Assembly: GCA_040901675.1 (NCBI GenBank)
Contig: JBBDYJ010000037.1
Coordinates: 66,211 to 83,495 of the forward strand
Reading direction: 5' to 3'
DNA: 17,285 nt
Source of the DNA: Pirellulales bacterium
GTDB taxonomy: Bacteria > Planctomycetota > Planctomycetia > Pirellulales > JAICIG01
Positions 7,901 to 15,570 of the stretch are shown one piece after another. A model generated the notes under the pieces. It did not search any database. It had not been told where the DNA came from and was given only the letters and a program-made list of their open reading frames with translations. Each line of letters begins with the position of its first letter. Position 1 is the stretch's first letter. A program made the translations under genes and the position numbers.

Positions 7901-8389
7901 ATCGAGACGGAGGGCTTTGCGATACCACTGGAGCGCTTCGGCGCGGCGGTCCAGCTCAGCCAGGCACTGGGCCACGTAATAGGCGGCGTAGGCATCCTTT
8001 GGATCGGCCTTGGCAACGGCCAGAAAATGACCGAGCGCCTGTCTCGCGTTGCCGCCGTGCAGCAACAGCAAGCCGGAGCAAAACCGTGCCCGGAGATGGC
8101 CGGGATGCTTCTTGAGGACCTCGGCCAGCAGCTCGAGTGCCGACGCTTCATCCCCCTTCAGTTGCCGGTTCAGCCTGGCAATGGCCAGGTTCACCGCGAC
8201 GTCGGCATCGTCCGGATGCTGTTGGTGAAGCTGCTCGAACACATCGTGCGCCTCGGAGTACATGAACTTGCCCATCAGGCCCACGCCCCGATTCATTGCG
8301 GCCTGTTTGATTTCGGGGGTCTGCCGATTGCAGCCGGCTAGCAGCATCAGCCCGGCCGCCAGAGGGGCGAGGATTTTCATGCGGTTCAT
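4979..8389 (-). CDS. Lipoprotein with TPR repeats, FG-GAP/VCBS-like beta-propeller, ASPIC/UnbV domain and a C-terminal domain (CRTAC1-like family)
   Basis: Lipobox LLAGC (Cys20); TPR-like helices; six DxxxDG/D-type loops (DINGDGRVDL, DYDNDGLTDV, DTDHDGDLDL, DLDGDRDADL, DADADGQVEL, DLEGDGRLDL); UnbV-like SNASGIGAKLRV...QS..PL.LGLG...I.LEWSDG. Confidence 0.88.
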   Translation of the reverse strand: MNRMKILAPLAAGLMLLAGCNRQTPEIKQAAMNRGVGLMGKFMYSEAHDVFEQLHQQHPDDADVAVNLAIARLNRQLKGDEASALELLAEVLKKHPGHLRARFCSGLLLLHGGNARQALGHFLAVAKADPKDAYAAYYVAQCLAELDRRAEALQWYRKALRLDPYLRSAYYAAAMIFLQRDHNKREAERLLGEFKRLEGNPQARLAQFKYTRMGPKSLVISPTLDERPAPLPEGPIFAAGRPLTIFGADNVAWNTLDNDEQLVPSLTACDINGDGRVDLFAAAAIVIDGKPANAVLLADGPGYRLESVHPLTPIDGVQAALWGDYDNDGLTDVYLCRRGGNQLWRQAGKNEWTDVTESALAAGAARNSTDGAIVDTDHDGDLDLLFVNRDGPLELLSNNLDGTFRPLAESAEGGGIDGDGGPRSQPLTDDLDGDRDADLVVLKPLESVDANGPRHSENAGDKLVDIYLNDRLWKYSPADGFDDLARRGAAAIVAADADADGQVELYSASDGSILRWQPDRQGTWRATQLAEYAAATHQQTPIQLAITDLEGDGRLDLAYTDGDGWSAISVTPAGGKAKEQESTPLHLDVPGLAGWLLVNDRPAEGPSLVALRSGEPPLVFSPGPGRHRFAAVTLSGKEDKNDQTRSNASGIGAKLRVRVGSRWTVLTTYRLHSGPGQSLQPLSLGLGGANSIDFIQLEWSDGLLQSETELAAAELHRIEETQRQMSSCPVLFAWNGERYRFVTDLLGVGGLGFAVGPGQYAPARGFEHVLLPAGSLAPLGGRLCLKLHEPMEEVCYVDSVRLVAYDLPPGWRMTLDERMGVNPPEPTGEARFYQHETRPVRAVNDRGHDVLAAISAADRRAAPPGRPDRRFLGRTDPHTLTLAFDRPLDQGPGQPMLVIDGWIEYPYSQTMFAAWQAGAEYVAPSIEAGGRDGRWHQVLAQFGYPAGMPRQASVPLPGLPRGASELRLSTNQEIYWDRIAVAYRQECPQAVRRPLELRLAELRFSGFPQRTTGPQRVPGYDYSKRGALADMRYPAGYYTDYGPVEPLLRATDDALAIFGPGEELHLEFEPLRTGPRPGWTRHFVLEAAGWCKDMDLYTKHPDTVEPLPEGQAEQGLDPSARSTLHRAYQTRYQSGP

Positions 8390-8469
8390 CGTTCACCTCG
8401 AACTGGTATGACATGAAATGAAAGCGCGCCAACGGAAAATAACTTCGTCACATGGCAACTGGGGCACGC

Positions 8470-9489
8470 TTATCGCTTTGCCCCAGCCACCCAGCTACCC
8501 TCTAACTTGCGGCGCCCTTCTTCGATCCGCCGCCGGATCGAATCCATGGCCAGCGGGTGCTCCTGGCTGGTGGCTGAGCGGAACCAGGTCTGCTTCAGAT
8601 ACGTGTGGGCCTCGCTGCGCAGGTGGGCCGGCATGTTGTGCGCGGAGCGCCGGGCCCGCTCGGCACGCAGCGTGGCCAGATCGATCGGTCCGACGACGAT
8701 CTTTTCGCCCGGTCCGGGATCGGCCTGGGCCAGGATGCGGCCGTCGAAGTCGACCACCATGCTTCCTCCCGGCCAACTGAACGGCGCATAGTTTGCCAGC
8801 GATGCCCCCTGGTTGGCCGCCACCACGTAGGCCAGGTTCTCCACGGCCCGGGCCCGGTTGAACAGCGTCCACCAGTCCATGGGCGGCGTGGCTCCCCAGG
8901 GGTCCATGTAGGCCGAGACCCGCAGCAGCACCTCGGCACCGGCCAGTGCGATCTGGCGGATGGTCTCGGGAAAGAGCCAGTCGTAACAGATGGCCACTCC
9001 CAGCCGTCCCAGCTCGGTCTCGGCGACGGGGAAAACTTCCTCCTGGTAGCCCGCCACGTCATGCGGGCTGGCGTGCAGCTCCCACGGAATCCAGGGGTTG
9101 ACCTTGCGGTATTTCGTCAGCACCCCGCTGGGACCCAACAGGACCGTGGTGTTGAAGGCCACCGAGGGATATTCCGGGTCGGCCTCGATGAACGTGCCGG
9201 TCTGGATATAGCAGCCCAGCTTTTTACACAGCGCGGCGTAGCGGTCGGTATGCTCGTTGGGGACGGGGACGGCCAGGCGGGCGAGGAGCTTTTCGACGCT
9301 ATCGTAGATGGGCGCCGCGTGGGCGAACTCCGGAAAGACCAACAGGCGGACGTCGAAGCACGGCTCGTAGCCCGCCACGGTGAACTCGGCCAGCTCGCAC
9401 ATCCGCGCGGTCCGCTCGGCGATTTCAGCCCGCCCCTTGGGGCAAGGGAAGTCGGTCTGGCAGGCGGCGGCGTAATAGAGCGGTGTCAT
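8470..9489 (-). CDS. Carbon-nitrogen hydrolase (nitrilase/amidase superfamily)
   Basis: Glu-Lys-Cys triad in LLVFPEF, KYRKVN and AICYDWLFPE, plus ARAVENLAYVVAAN and GGSMVVDFDGRIL. Likely start is ATG 9489 (MTPLYYAAACQ). Confidence 0.92.
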   Translation of the reverse strand: MTPLYYAAACQTDFPCPKGRAEIAERTARMCELAEFTVAGYEPCFDVRLLVFPEFAHAAPIYDSVEKLLARLAVPVPNEHTDRYAALCKKLGCYIQTGTFIEADPEYPSVAFNTTVLLGPSGVLTKYRKVNPWIPWELHASPHDVAGYQEEVFPVAETELGRLGVAICYDWLFPETIRQIALAGAEVLLRVSAYMDPWGATPPMDWWTLFNRARAVENLAYVVAANQGASLANYAPFSWPGGSMVVDFDGRILAQADPGPGEKIVVGPIDLATLRAERARRSAHNMPAHLRSEAHTYLKQTWFRSATSQEHPLAMDSIRRRIEEGRRKLEGSWVAGAKR

Positions 9490-9663
9490 GCGCTTAGCTA
9501 TCGTAGGTACGCTCAGCTCAAACGAAAGGTTCGTCGGAGCCAGGCGCACCACGTCGCTTGCTGACCGGAGACGTGCGCGCCACAATGTGGAGCAGCCGCG
9601 TCTGGCCGGCTTGTCCAAGCGATTCGGCAACCGAAGGTTGCCATGATTCGACCCCGCCAGTGA

Positions 9664-11238
9664 ATGGATACCGGCATGTCGAACGAACTCGTCGCCTCGC
9701 TGAACCGGCTCGTCGAGCGCATCCAGGAGCTGGCAGGCCGCGATCCGCAGTTGCGCTCGGAGCTTCGCTCGCTGGCAATGGGCATCTTGGATGCCCTGGC
9801 CGATAAGCAGCCGGCGGATGCCGGCCAGCCGCCGGAAATCTCGGCAGCAGCCGAGGCGCCCTCCGCGCAGGACGAATCGGTCGAGTTGCCGGACAGTAGC
9901 CCGGCCGAGACAGCCGACGCCAGGGGGTTGGCGGCAGACGCCAGACTGCCGGCGGAGGACCGATTCGATGGCCGGGTTGCCGGCGCGAAAGCCGGCTGGC
10001 CGGCAGCCTGGCTGCCGATCAGCGATGACGATCTACCGCTCATCGAGGAGCGCTGCCGGCTCAAGGCCGAGGCGGCCCGCTGGGCCGCCGACCGCCAGCG
10101 GCGGCTCGTGGAAGGGGCAGCCTACAAGATCGAAATCGAGCCACGCGACCAGGACCTCATTCGCCGGGCCAAGGCGCTGCCCGATTGCTTTCTCTGGATG
10201 TCGCATCGTGACGGGCCCTCGCCGGTCGACCTGACCCTGCTCGACAACCTGGCGGGCTGTTTCGAAACCGTGGCCGCCTCGGTCGCCCTGGTCCGATCGG
10301 TGCTGAACGACCCGGACGCGCAAGGCGAGTTCTTCGAGCAGGCCTTGGACCTGCTGGCTGAATCGCAATCGGCCCTGCGCTCGGCCGTGAACATGATCGA
10401 ATGGACGATGGACAGCGACCAGGTCAAGCTATTCACCTGGTTGAAGTCGGCCGCTCAACAACACCAGATCTTCATCGAGCGGCACATGCGCGCCGACGAT
10501 CCGGCCGACCCGACCCGCTGGGAAGACATCGACGCCCGCATCGGGCTGTTGGATCAAAAGATCGAGCAGGCGCGGCAGCGGAGGAAACAAGAGCAGGCGC
10601 GGATCAAACGTGTCCGCTACCACGTCAAGTTGATCAGGGGTGGCGACCCCGGCGAACACCATTGGCGGAAAGTAGCCGAGACCTTGGACGAGCTGGTTTC
10701 CGACGGCATGCCCCCCAGCAACCGCGAGATCCGCGAGCTGCTGTTGCCCGTGGTCGACCATCTACCGGAGCTGCCCGATCCGCCGGCCGGGTTTCGGCTG
10801 GTGCGGCGAGAGATCGACCGCTTCCTCGCCATCCGTCCGGCCGCGGCGCAGCCCGATTCACGGCCTGAACCGACCGCCGACGTCCGCGAGGCGGTCCGGC
10901 TGCTGGCCGGCAGAAACGTGGTGATGATCGGCGGCGAACGCCGCCCGCACGCTCAGGAGCTGCTGCGCTCGGCCCTCGAATTGGGCGACTTGATCTGGCT
11001 CGAGGCCAAGGAGCACCAACCGCTGGAGATGTTCGAGCCTTATGTCAGCCGCCCCGACGTGGTCCTCGTCTTGCTGGCGATCCGCTGGTCCAGTCATTCG
11101 TTCGGAGAAATAAGGCAGTTCTGCGAGCGCCATGGAAAGCCGCTGGTCCGGCTTCCGGCCGGCTATAACCCGAACCAGGTGGCCGCCCAGATTCTTTCGC
11201 AGTGCAGCAAGCAGCTCGAAGCGGTCGCCAGCAGGTGA
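9664..11238 (+). CDS. Hypothetical protein, helical/coiled-coil body with a C-terminal DUF2325-like alpha/beta domain
   Basis: Long ORF with natural amino-acid composition. The C-terminus VVMIGG...DVVLVLLAIRWSSHSF...CERHGKPLVRL resembles the DUF2325 pattern (IVGG...D.V.....SH......K.GKP). Alternative start 9676. Confidence 0.75.
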   Translation: MDTGMSNELVASLNRLVERIQELAGRDPQLRSELRSLAMGILDALADKQPADAGQPPEISAAAEAPSAQDESVELPDSSPAETADARGLAADARLPAEDRFDGRVAGAKAGWPAAWLPISDDDLPLIEERCRLKAEAARWAADRQRRLVEGAAYKIEIEPRDQDLIRRAKALPDCFLWMSHRDGPSPVDLTLLDNLAGCFETVAASVALVRSVLNDPDAQGEFFEQALDLLAESQSALRSAVNMIEWTMDSDQVKLFTWLKSAAQQHQIFIERHMRADDPADPTRWEDIDARIGLLDQKIEQARQRRKQEQARIKRVRYHVKLIRGGDPGEHHWRKVAETLDELVSDGMPPSNREIRELLLPVVDHLPELPDPPAGFRLVRREIDRFLAIRPAAAQPDSRPEPTADVREAVRLLAGRNVVMIGGERRPHAQELLRSALELGDLIWLEAKEHQPLEMFEPYVSRPDVVLVLLAIRWSSHSFGEIRQFCERHGKPLVRLPAGYNPNQVAAQILSQCSKQLEAVASR

Positions 11239-11307
11239 CGTCCGCATTCGACGCGGTTGCCTCCGAGCTTGTCCCCCGCAATCCGCGGGAGTGAGCAGCG
11301 ACGCCGG

Positions 11308-11349
11308 ACAAACAAAGGCCGCGGGCGGCCTTGTGGACCGCCCGCGGCC
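11308..11349 (-). terminator. Intrinsic terminator (minus strand)
   Basis: 12-bp perfect GC stem, GGCCGCGGGCGG (11317-11328) / CCGCCCGCGGCC (11338-11349), followed on the minus strand by TTTGTTTGT. Confidence 0.75.
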
Positions 11350-11500
11350 GGCAAAATCAAACCTCCCGCCGATTGCGACGGTGGAGTCGCTGCGAGAAGA
11401 GCGAGGATCGGGCCGTGCTGAGCACTGGCCGTTGGTTGATCCTGGCCCACGCTAAGGTTTTGGCACCTCCGACGGAATCCTGGACGAGAGGCTTGGGCCG
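11350..11500 (-). ncRNA. Candidate structured ncRNA (rod with central bubble; 6S RNA-like)
   Basis: 13-bp closing helix 11495-11483/11370-11358 (three G-U pairs on minus), an imperfect continuation, a central bubble, and a nested apical stem (AGCG/CGCT, AGGATC/GATCCT, GGCC.GTGC/GCAC.GGCC). It ends directly at the terminator. Family not confirmed. Confidence 0.4.
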
Positions 11501-11717
11501 ATTGTTATGTGCTAGGACATCAAGCAGTCGCTAGAACACTTCAATCGGCAGATTCTTCCGGCGGGAACGGCGGAAATGAATTTTCCTCCCCCACGTGCAC
11601 ACGAATTTCACGTGGGCGGTCCGCCCCGCCGGCTCTGACTTGGCTTCCAACCCGTAAATCCATTCTACGCCATGCCGGGCGGCGGGCGAGTGGAAATCCG
11701 ACCGGTTTTTGCCGGCT

Positions 11718-11912
11718 TTACTTGGGCCGTGGCGGAGGCCGTCCGGTTGTAGCGGCCGCGTCTTGCTCGCCGCTGGCAAGGCGGTCCAGCAGGGCGTCGA
11801 CCGCCCGGTCCAGCTTGTCGGCCGTTTCGTAGGTGCCCTGGGCGATCTGGGCCCGGATAGCGGCAATCCGGGCAGCGCGTTGGGCGTCGGTCGATTGCTT
11901 GCCGGACTTCAC
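11718..11912 (-). CDS. Short FlgM-like anti-sigma-28 domain protein (64 aa)
   Basis: RAARIAAIRAQIAQGTYETADKLDRAVDALLDRL matches the FlgM C-terminal motif (R..KV..IK..I..GTY). GTG 11912 overlaps the upstream TGA (GTGA). Confidence 0.7.
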   Translation of the reverse strand: MKSGKQSTDAQRAARIAAIRAQIAQGTYETADKLDRAVDALLDRLASGEQDAAATTGRPPPRPK

Positions 11913-12901
11913 TTTTTTTCCACCAGCCAAATGTTGCGATAGACCACCGGGTTGCCGTGCTCCTGCAGCGCGATCGGCCCCGTCGGACCTTCCTCGCTCA
12001 AACCGCCGGGCGTGAGACGCGGGATCTCGAAATCGTCGTAAACGAGCACGCCGTTGTGCTTGAGCGTCACGCGGGCGTTGGCCATTTTCTTGCCCTGCTC
12101 GTCGAACTTGGGGGCCGTGAAGTCGAAATCATAAGTCTGCCAGGCCAGCGGGGGGAAGCACATGTTCAGCCTCGGCGCCTGGATCGAGTAGAGGCCGCCG
12201 CACTCGTTGTCCTTGCCTTCCAGGCCAAACGAATCGAGGACCTGGAACTCGTAGCGGTCCTGCAAGTATACGCCGCTGTTGCCGCGGGCCTGGCCCTGGG
12301 CCGTGGGCATGAAGGGGGTGCGAAACTCGATGTGCAAGTGGACGCTGCCGAACGAGTCGCGGCTTTTGCAGCCGGCGGCCAGCAGCTTGTCGTCGGTCAG
12401 CTTGCCCCCTTCGAAGGCGTCGGCGCTGGTGCCGTCGAACAGCACCACCGCGCCCTCGGGCGGCTTGGCGCCCAGCGTCGGGCTCTTGCGCTCGACTTTC
12501 TCGAGCTGGCCGAGCTTTTCGCCCCCGGAGTTGGTCACGGTGAGCACGCCGTCGGCGATCCGCCCCTCGCCGTCGCTGCCGGGAAATACGATCACTCCAT
12601 CCTTGGTTTCGCCTTCATAGGTGCTGCGCCGATCGCCCTTCTCCCAGCCATCGCCCGGCAAACCGCCGCGGTGTACCACGGCCTGGAACTTGCCGTCGCC
12701 CAGGGCGATCACTTGGATGCCGTATTTCCTGGCGCAGTCCTGGGAGGCCAGGCCGCCGCTGTACTCGCCTTGCACCGCGAAGTCCGCTCCCGCTTCCTCG
12801 GCATCCGTGTATGTCGGCAGGTCGCCCGGCTCAGCCGAGGCCATCGCGGCCCACGGTACGATCAGACCCGCCCCCAGCAGCATCGCGGTTTTCCTTGACA
12901 T
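11909..12901 (-). CDS. Secreted DUF1080 (3-keto-disaccharide hydrolase-like) protein
   Basis: ATG 12901 with GGAG RBS and a signal peptide (MSRKTAMLLGAGLIVPWAAMASA). Motifs PPEGAVVLFDG, LHIEFR.P, RGNSGVYLQ.RYE.QVLDS, WQTYD.DF, HNGV and GPI.LQEHGNPV.YRNIW. The ORF-track extension to 13357 is not supported. Confidence 0.92.
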   Translation of the reverse strand: MSRKTAMLLGAGLIVPWAAMASAEPGDLPTYTDAEEAGADFAVQGEYSGGLASQDCARKYGIQVIALGDGKFQAVVHRGGLPGDGWEKGDRRSTYEGETKDGVIVFPGSDGEGRIADGVLTVTNSGGEKLGQLEKVERKSPTLGAKPPEGAVVLFDGTSADAFEGGKLTDDKLLAAGCKSRDSFGSVHLHIEFRTPFMPTAQGQARGNSGVYLQDRYEFQVLDSFGLEGKDNECGGLYSIQAPRLNMCFPPLAWQTYDFDFTAPKFDEQGKKMANARVTLKHNGVLVYDDFEIPRLTPGGLSEEGPTGPIALQEHGNPVVYRNIWLVEKK

Positions 12902-12989
12902 GCCTGGTCTCCAATGTCGGTGCGAAGGATGTTTTTTGCAGCGAGATTTCAGCCCGGGCAACGGGCACGTTGCCCCCGGGGCGACAGTC

Positions 12990-13018
12990 ATTTTGAACGC
13001 TGGGAGGCGGCAGGGCAA
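12990..13018 (-). promoter_or_regulatory. Possible sigma70-type promoter for the DUF1080-flgM-like unit
   Basis: Minus strand TTGCCC-N17-CAAAAT about 90 nt upstream of the ATG, followed by an 8-bp hairpin (12956-12975) in the implied 5' UTR. Confidence 0.4.
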
Positions 13019-13169
13019 GCAGTGAGGGGCCGGCGGCGCCCGAGGGTCGGGGCATGGTCCGGGCGAACAGCCACTTTTTTGTTGACAGGCCTGGTTTTTG
13101 TTGATCAGGCTTGTAGCCGGAAAGGGGCTTCGCACATTGGACGAGGACGCGTGGAATCGCCGCCAGCGG

Positions 13170-14177
13170 TCACCGGTAGGGCGGCCAGCTCGGCCCACTG
13201 CGGGTCGCCGCGGGCGGGTGCTGGCCGTCGATGGGCCGGGGACCGGTGGCGCGGATCCGGGGAAGCGATTCCGCTCGCCCGGGGCCGGATGCGGCCGCCG
13301 AGCGAGTCCGATTGTCGGACGGGACGCCGGGCGGATCGACGCCGATCTGCTTTTCAACCTCCAGCTTGCGGCCGTCGGACGTCGTGAACCGCACGTAGAG
13401 CGTCAACGCGGCGCCGGCGGGCGGACCGTGCGGCCAGCGCAGCTCAAAGTGCAGGCCGTTGCCCATCGGCGTGTCGCGCAAGTGCCCGGCCGCCTCTTCG
13501 GCGGTGAAGTCCCAGCGGGCGACGCGGGCGGCCTGGCCCCGCTGGGCCGGGTCGAGCACGACCACCGAGACGTCGCCGGCCGCCTCAACCAAATCTCCGT
13601 CGGCGTCGCGGGGCTCGATCACCACCATCACCCCTTCGTCCCCGGCTTGCCCGTCGACATTGTGGCCGCCGGTCAAGCGTGGATTCAACGTGATGCCCGC
13701 CACGACGGCGCTGTCCGACGGCGCTTGGTCGGCGCCAGGATCATGTTCGAGCTGGGACTGGGATTCGTTTGGGCGCGGGCCGTCCGCTGGACTGTGCTGG
13801 CCCTCGGGCCCGGTTCCCGGCGGCATGATCTCGGGAGGCTGGAATGGATCGGCCTGGTCGTCGCCGGGCAGAATGACTTCCGGCGGAGCGAGCGAATCGT
13901 CGTCGGATGCCGGCTGGCGGCGGCGGGGGGCGGCGTCGCGAGTGCCGGCGCCTTCGCGGCGGGGGAGCGCGGCGTCTTCATCGTCGGACAAGAGCGACTT
14001 GTTCTCGCGCTGGCAGGATTCGAGCTGCTGGGTATACTCGTCGACGACTTTTTCCAGCTCGTAGATGCGGTCTTCCTGCCAGCGGAGCTCGCGCTCCAGC
14101 AATTCCACGTTGCCCGCGGCGCGGCATCCCGGCGCGGCCAGGAGCAACAGCGGCCAAACCCAACAGCGGGGTGTCAT
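13170..14177 (-). CDS. Hypothetical lipoprotein (coiled coil, acidic Pro-rich linker, beta-rich C-terminal domain)
   Basis: ATG 14177 with GAGGT RBS; MTPRCWVWPLLLLAAPGC lipobox-like segment; coiled coil ELLERELRWQEDRIYELE; globular segment GDEGVMVVIEPRDADG...VARWDF...LYVRF. Confidence 0.75.
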   Translation of the reverse strand: MTPRCWVWPLLLLAAPGCRAAGNVELLERELRWQEDRIYELEKVVDEYTQQLESCQRENKSLLSDDEDAALPRREGAGTRDAAPRRRQPASDDDSLAPPEVILPGDDQADPFQPPEIMPPGTGPEGQHSPADGPRPNESQSQLEHDPGADQAPSDSAVVAGITLNPRLTGGHNVDGQAGDEGVMVVIEPRDADGDLVEAAGDVSVVVLDPAQRGQAARVARWDFTAEEAAGHLRDTPMGNGLHFELRWPHGPPAGAALTLYVRFTTSDGRKLEVEKQIGVDPPGVPSDNRTRSAAASGPGRAESLPRIRATGPRPIDGQHPPAATRSGPSWPPYR

Positions 14178-14316
14178 TCCGACCTCGCGGCATCCTTGCT
14201 TGTACGTCGGCGGCGGCCTGGCAATTGCCGCCCCACAGCCATCCATGGCAACGCAACACGTCACGGCCGCACGCTGGAAGCGAGTCGGCCGACACGCACG
14301 CTGACCGCCCGAGCAG

Positions 14317-14919
14317 CTACGACTTGATGGGCTGAGCTTCCACGTGCTCGATCACCCGGTCGATCAACTTGTACTCCAGGGCCTCCTCGGCGGACATGAA
14401 GCGATCGCGATCGGTGTCCTGCTCGATCTTTTCCAAGGGATGGCCCGTGTGCTTGATGAGAATGTTGTTCAGCTTCTGCTTGACCTTCTTGAACTCCTTG
14501 GCGTGGATCATGATCTCCTCGGCGGTGCCTTCCATGCCGGCCAGCGGCTGGTGGATCATGATCCGCGAATTGGGCAGGGCGTGCCGCTTGCCCATGGCGC
14601 CGGCGGTGAGCAGCACGGCGCCCATGGAAGCGGCCTGCCCGATGCAATACGTGGACACATCGCAGGCCACGAACTGCATGGTGTCGTAAATCGCCAGGCC
14701 GGCGCTGACGCTGCCGCCGGGCGAGTTGATGTACAAGTGGATGTCGGCCTTGGCGTCTTCCGACTGCAGGAACAGCAACTGGGCGACGACGGAATTGGCC
14801 ACCTCGTCGTTGATGCTGGAGCCGAGAAAAACGATGCGGTCCTTGAGCAGGCGGCTATAGATGTCCATAGCCCGCTCTTCGCGGCCGCTCTTCTCGATCA
14901 CAAACGGGATCAAGGGCAT
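14317..14919 (-). CDS. clpP: ATP-dependent Clp protease proteolytic subunit
   Basis: MPLIP.VIE...[35 protein letters not shown] (Ser), MIHQP (His), DRDRFM (Asp). Confidence 0.97.
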   Translation of the reverse strand: MPLIPFVIEKSGREERAMDIYSRLLKDRIVFLGSSINDEVANSVVAQLLFLQSEDAKADIHLYINSPGGSVSAGLAIYDTMQFVACDVSTYCIGQAASMGAVLLTAGAMGKRHALPNSRIMIHQPLAGMEGTAEEIMIHAKEFKKVKQKLNNILIKHTGHPLEKIEQDTDRDRFMSAEEALEYKLIDRVIEHVEAQPIKS

Positions 14920-15548
14920 CAGTCGTCTTCCTCTCCGATCCCGGACGGCGGCTTGGTCAGGATGTCGTCGACCAGGTGGTACTCCTTGGCCGCGGCGGCG
15001 CTCATGTAGAAGTCGCGGTCGGTGTCCTTGGCGATCCGTTCGATGGGCTGACCCGTGTGATGGGCCAGGATCTGGTTGAGCGTATCGCGAGTCTTGAGGA
15101 TTTCGTCGGCCTGGATCTCGATGTCCGAGATCTGCCCTCCCACCTGGCCGTAAGGCTGGTGGATCATCATCTTGGCGTGCGGCAGCGCGTAGCGCTTGCC
15201 CTTGGTGCCGCCGGCCAGCAGGACCGCGCCGCCGCTGGCGGCCAGGCCCACGCAGTAGGTGGCCACCGGGCAGGTCAGGATCTGCATCGTGTCGTAGACG
15301 GCCAGCGTGGCCGTGACGCTCCCGCCCGGCGAGTTGATGTAGAAGTGGATGTCCTTGCGGCGGTTCTCGCTCTGCAAGTACAAGAGCTTCATCACCAGCT
15401 CGTTGGCGTTGCCGTCGTGGATCTCCCCCTGCAACAGGATAATCCGGTTCTCCAGCAGCAGGTCGCCCAGGGTCATCTGGCGCTGCCGCTGATAGTCGCG
15501 GTAGTTCAACTGGGGGTCCAGCGGGCTGGGCCGGTGCATGCTATCCAT
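14919..15548 (-). CDS. clpP: Second ClpP paralogue
   Basis: [42 protein letters not shown]. Start is ATG 15548 or 15539; the ORF-track start overlaps tig. The stop overlaps the next start (TGATG at 14919). Confidence 0.95.
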   Translation of the reverse strand: MDSMHRPSPLDPQLNYRDYQRQRQMTLGDLLLENRIILLQGEIHDGNANELVMKLLYLQSENRRKDIHFYINSPGGSVTATLAVYDTMQILTCPVATYCVGLAASGGAVLLAGGTKGKRYALPHAKMMIHQPYGQVGGQISDIEIQADEILKTRDTLNQILAHHTGQPIERIAKDTDRDFYMSAAAAKEYHLVDDILTKPPSGIGEEDD

Positions 15549-15570
15549 CGGGAAACCTGGTCGTGTACTC

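Noticed and set aside
4937..8341. 1134-aa plus-strand ORF
   Set aside because: Antisense shadow of the TPR/FG-GAP/UnbV gene, as expected from high-GC codon bias; no recognisable motifs.
11163..11450. 95-aa minus-strand ORF in the structured intergenic region
   Set aside because: Runs through the terminator and into the convergent gene, has poor RBS spacing, and shows no recognisable features.
12902..13357. 152-aa N-terminal extension of the DUF1080 ORF
   Set aside because: Low-complexity Arg/Pro translation overlapping the upstream gene; the RBS and signal peptide point to ATG 12901.
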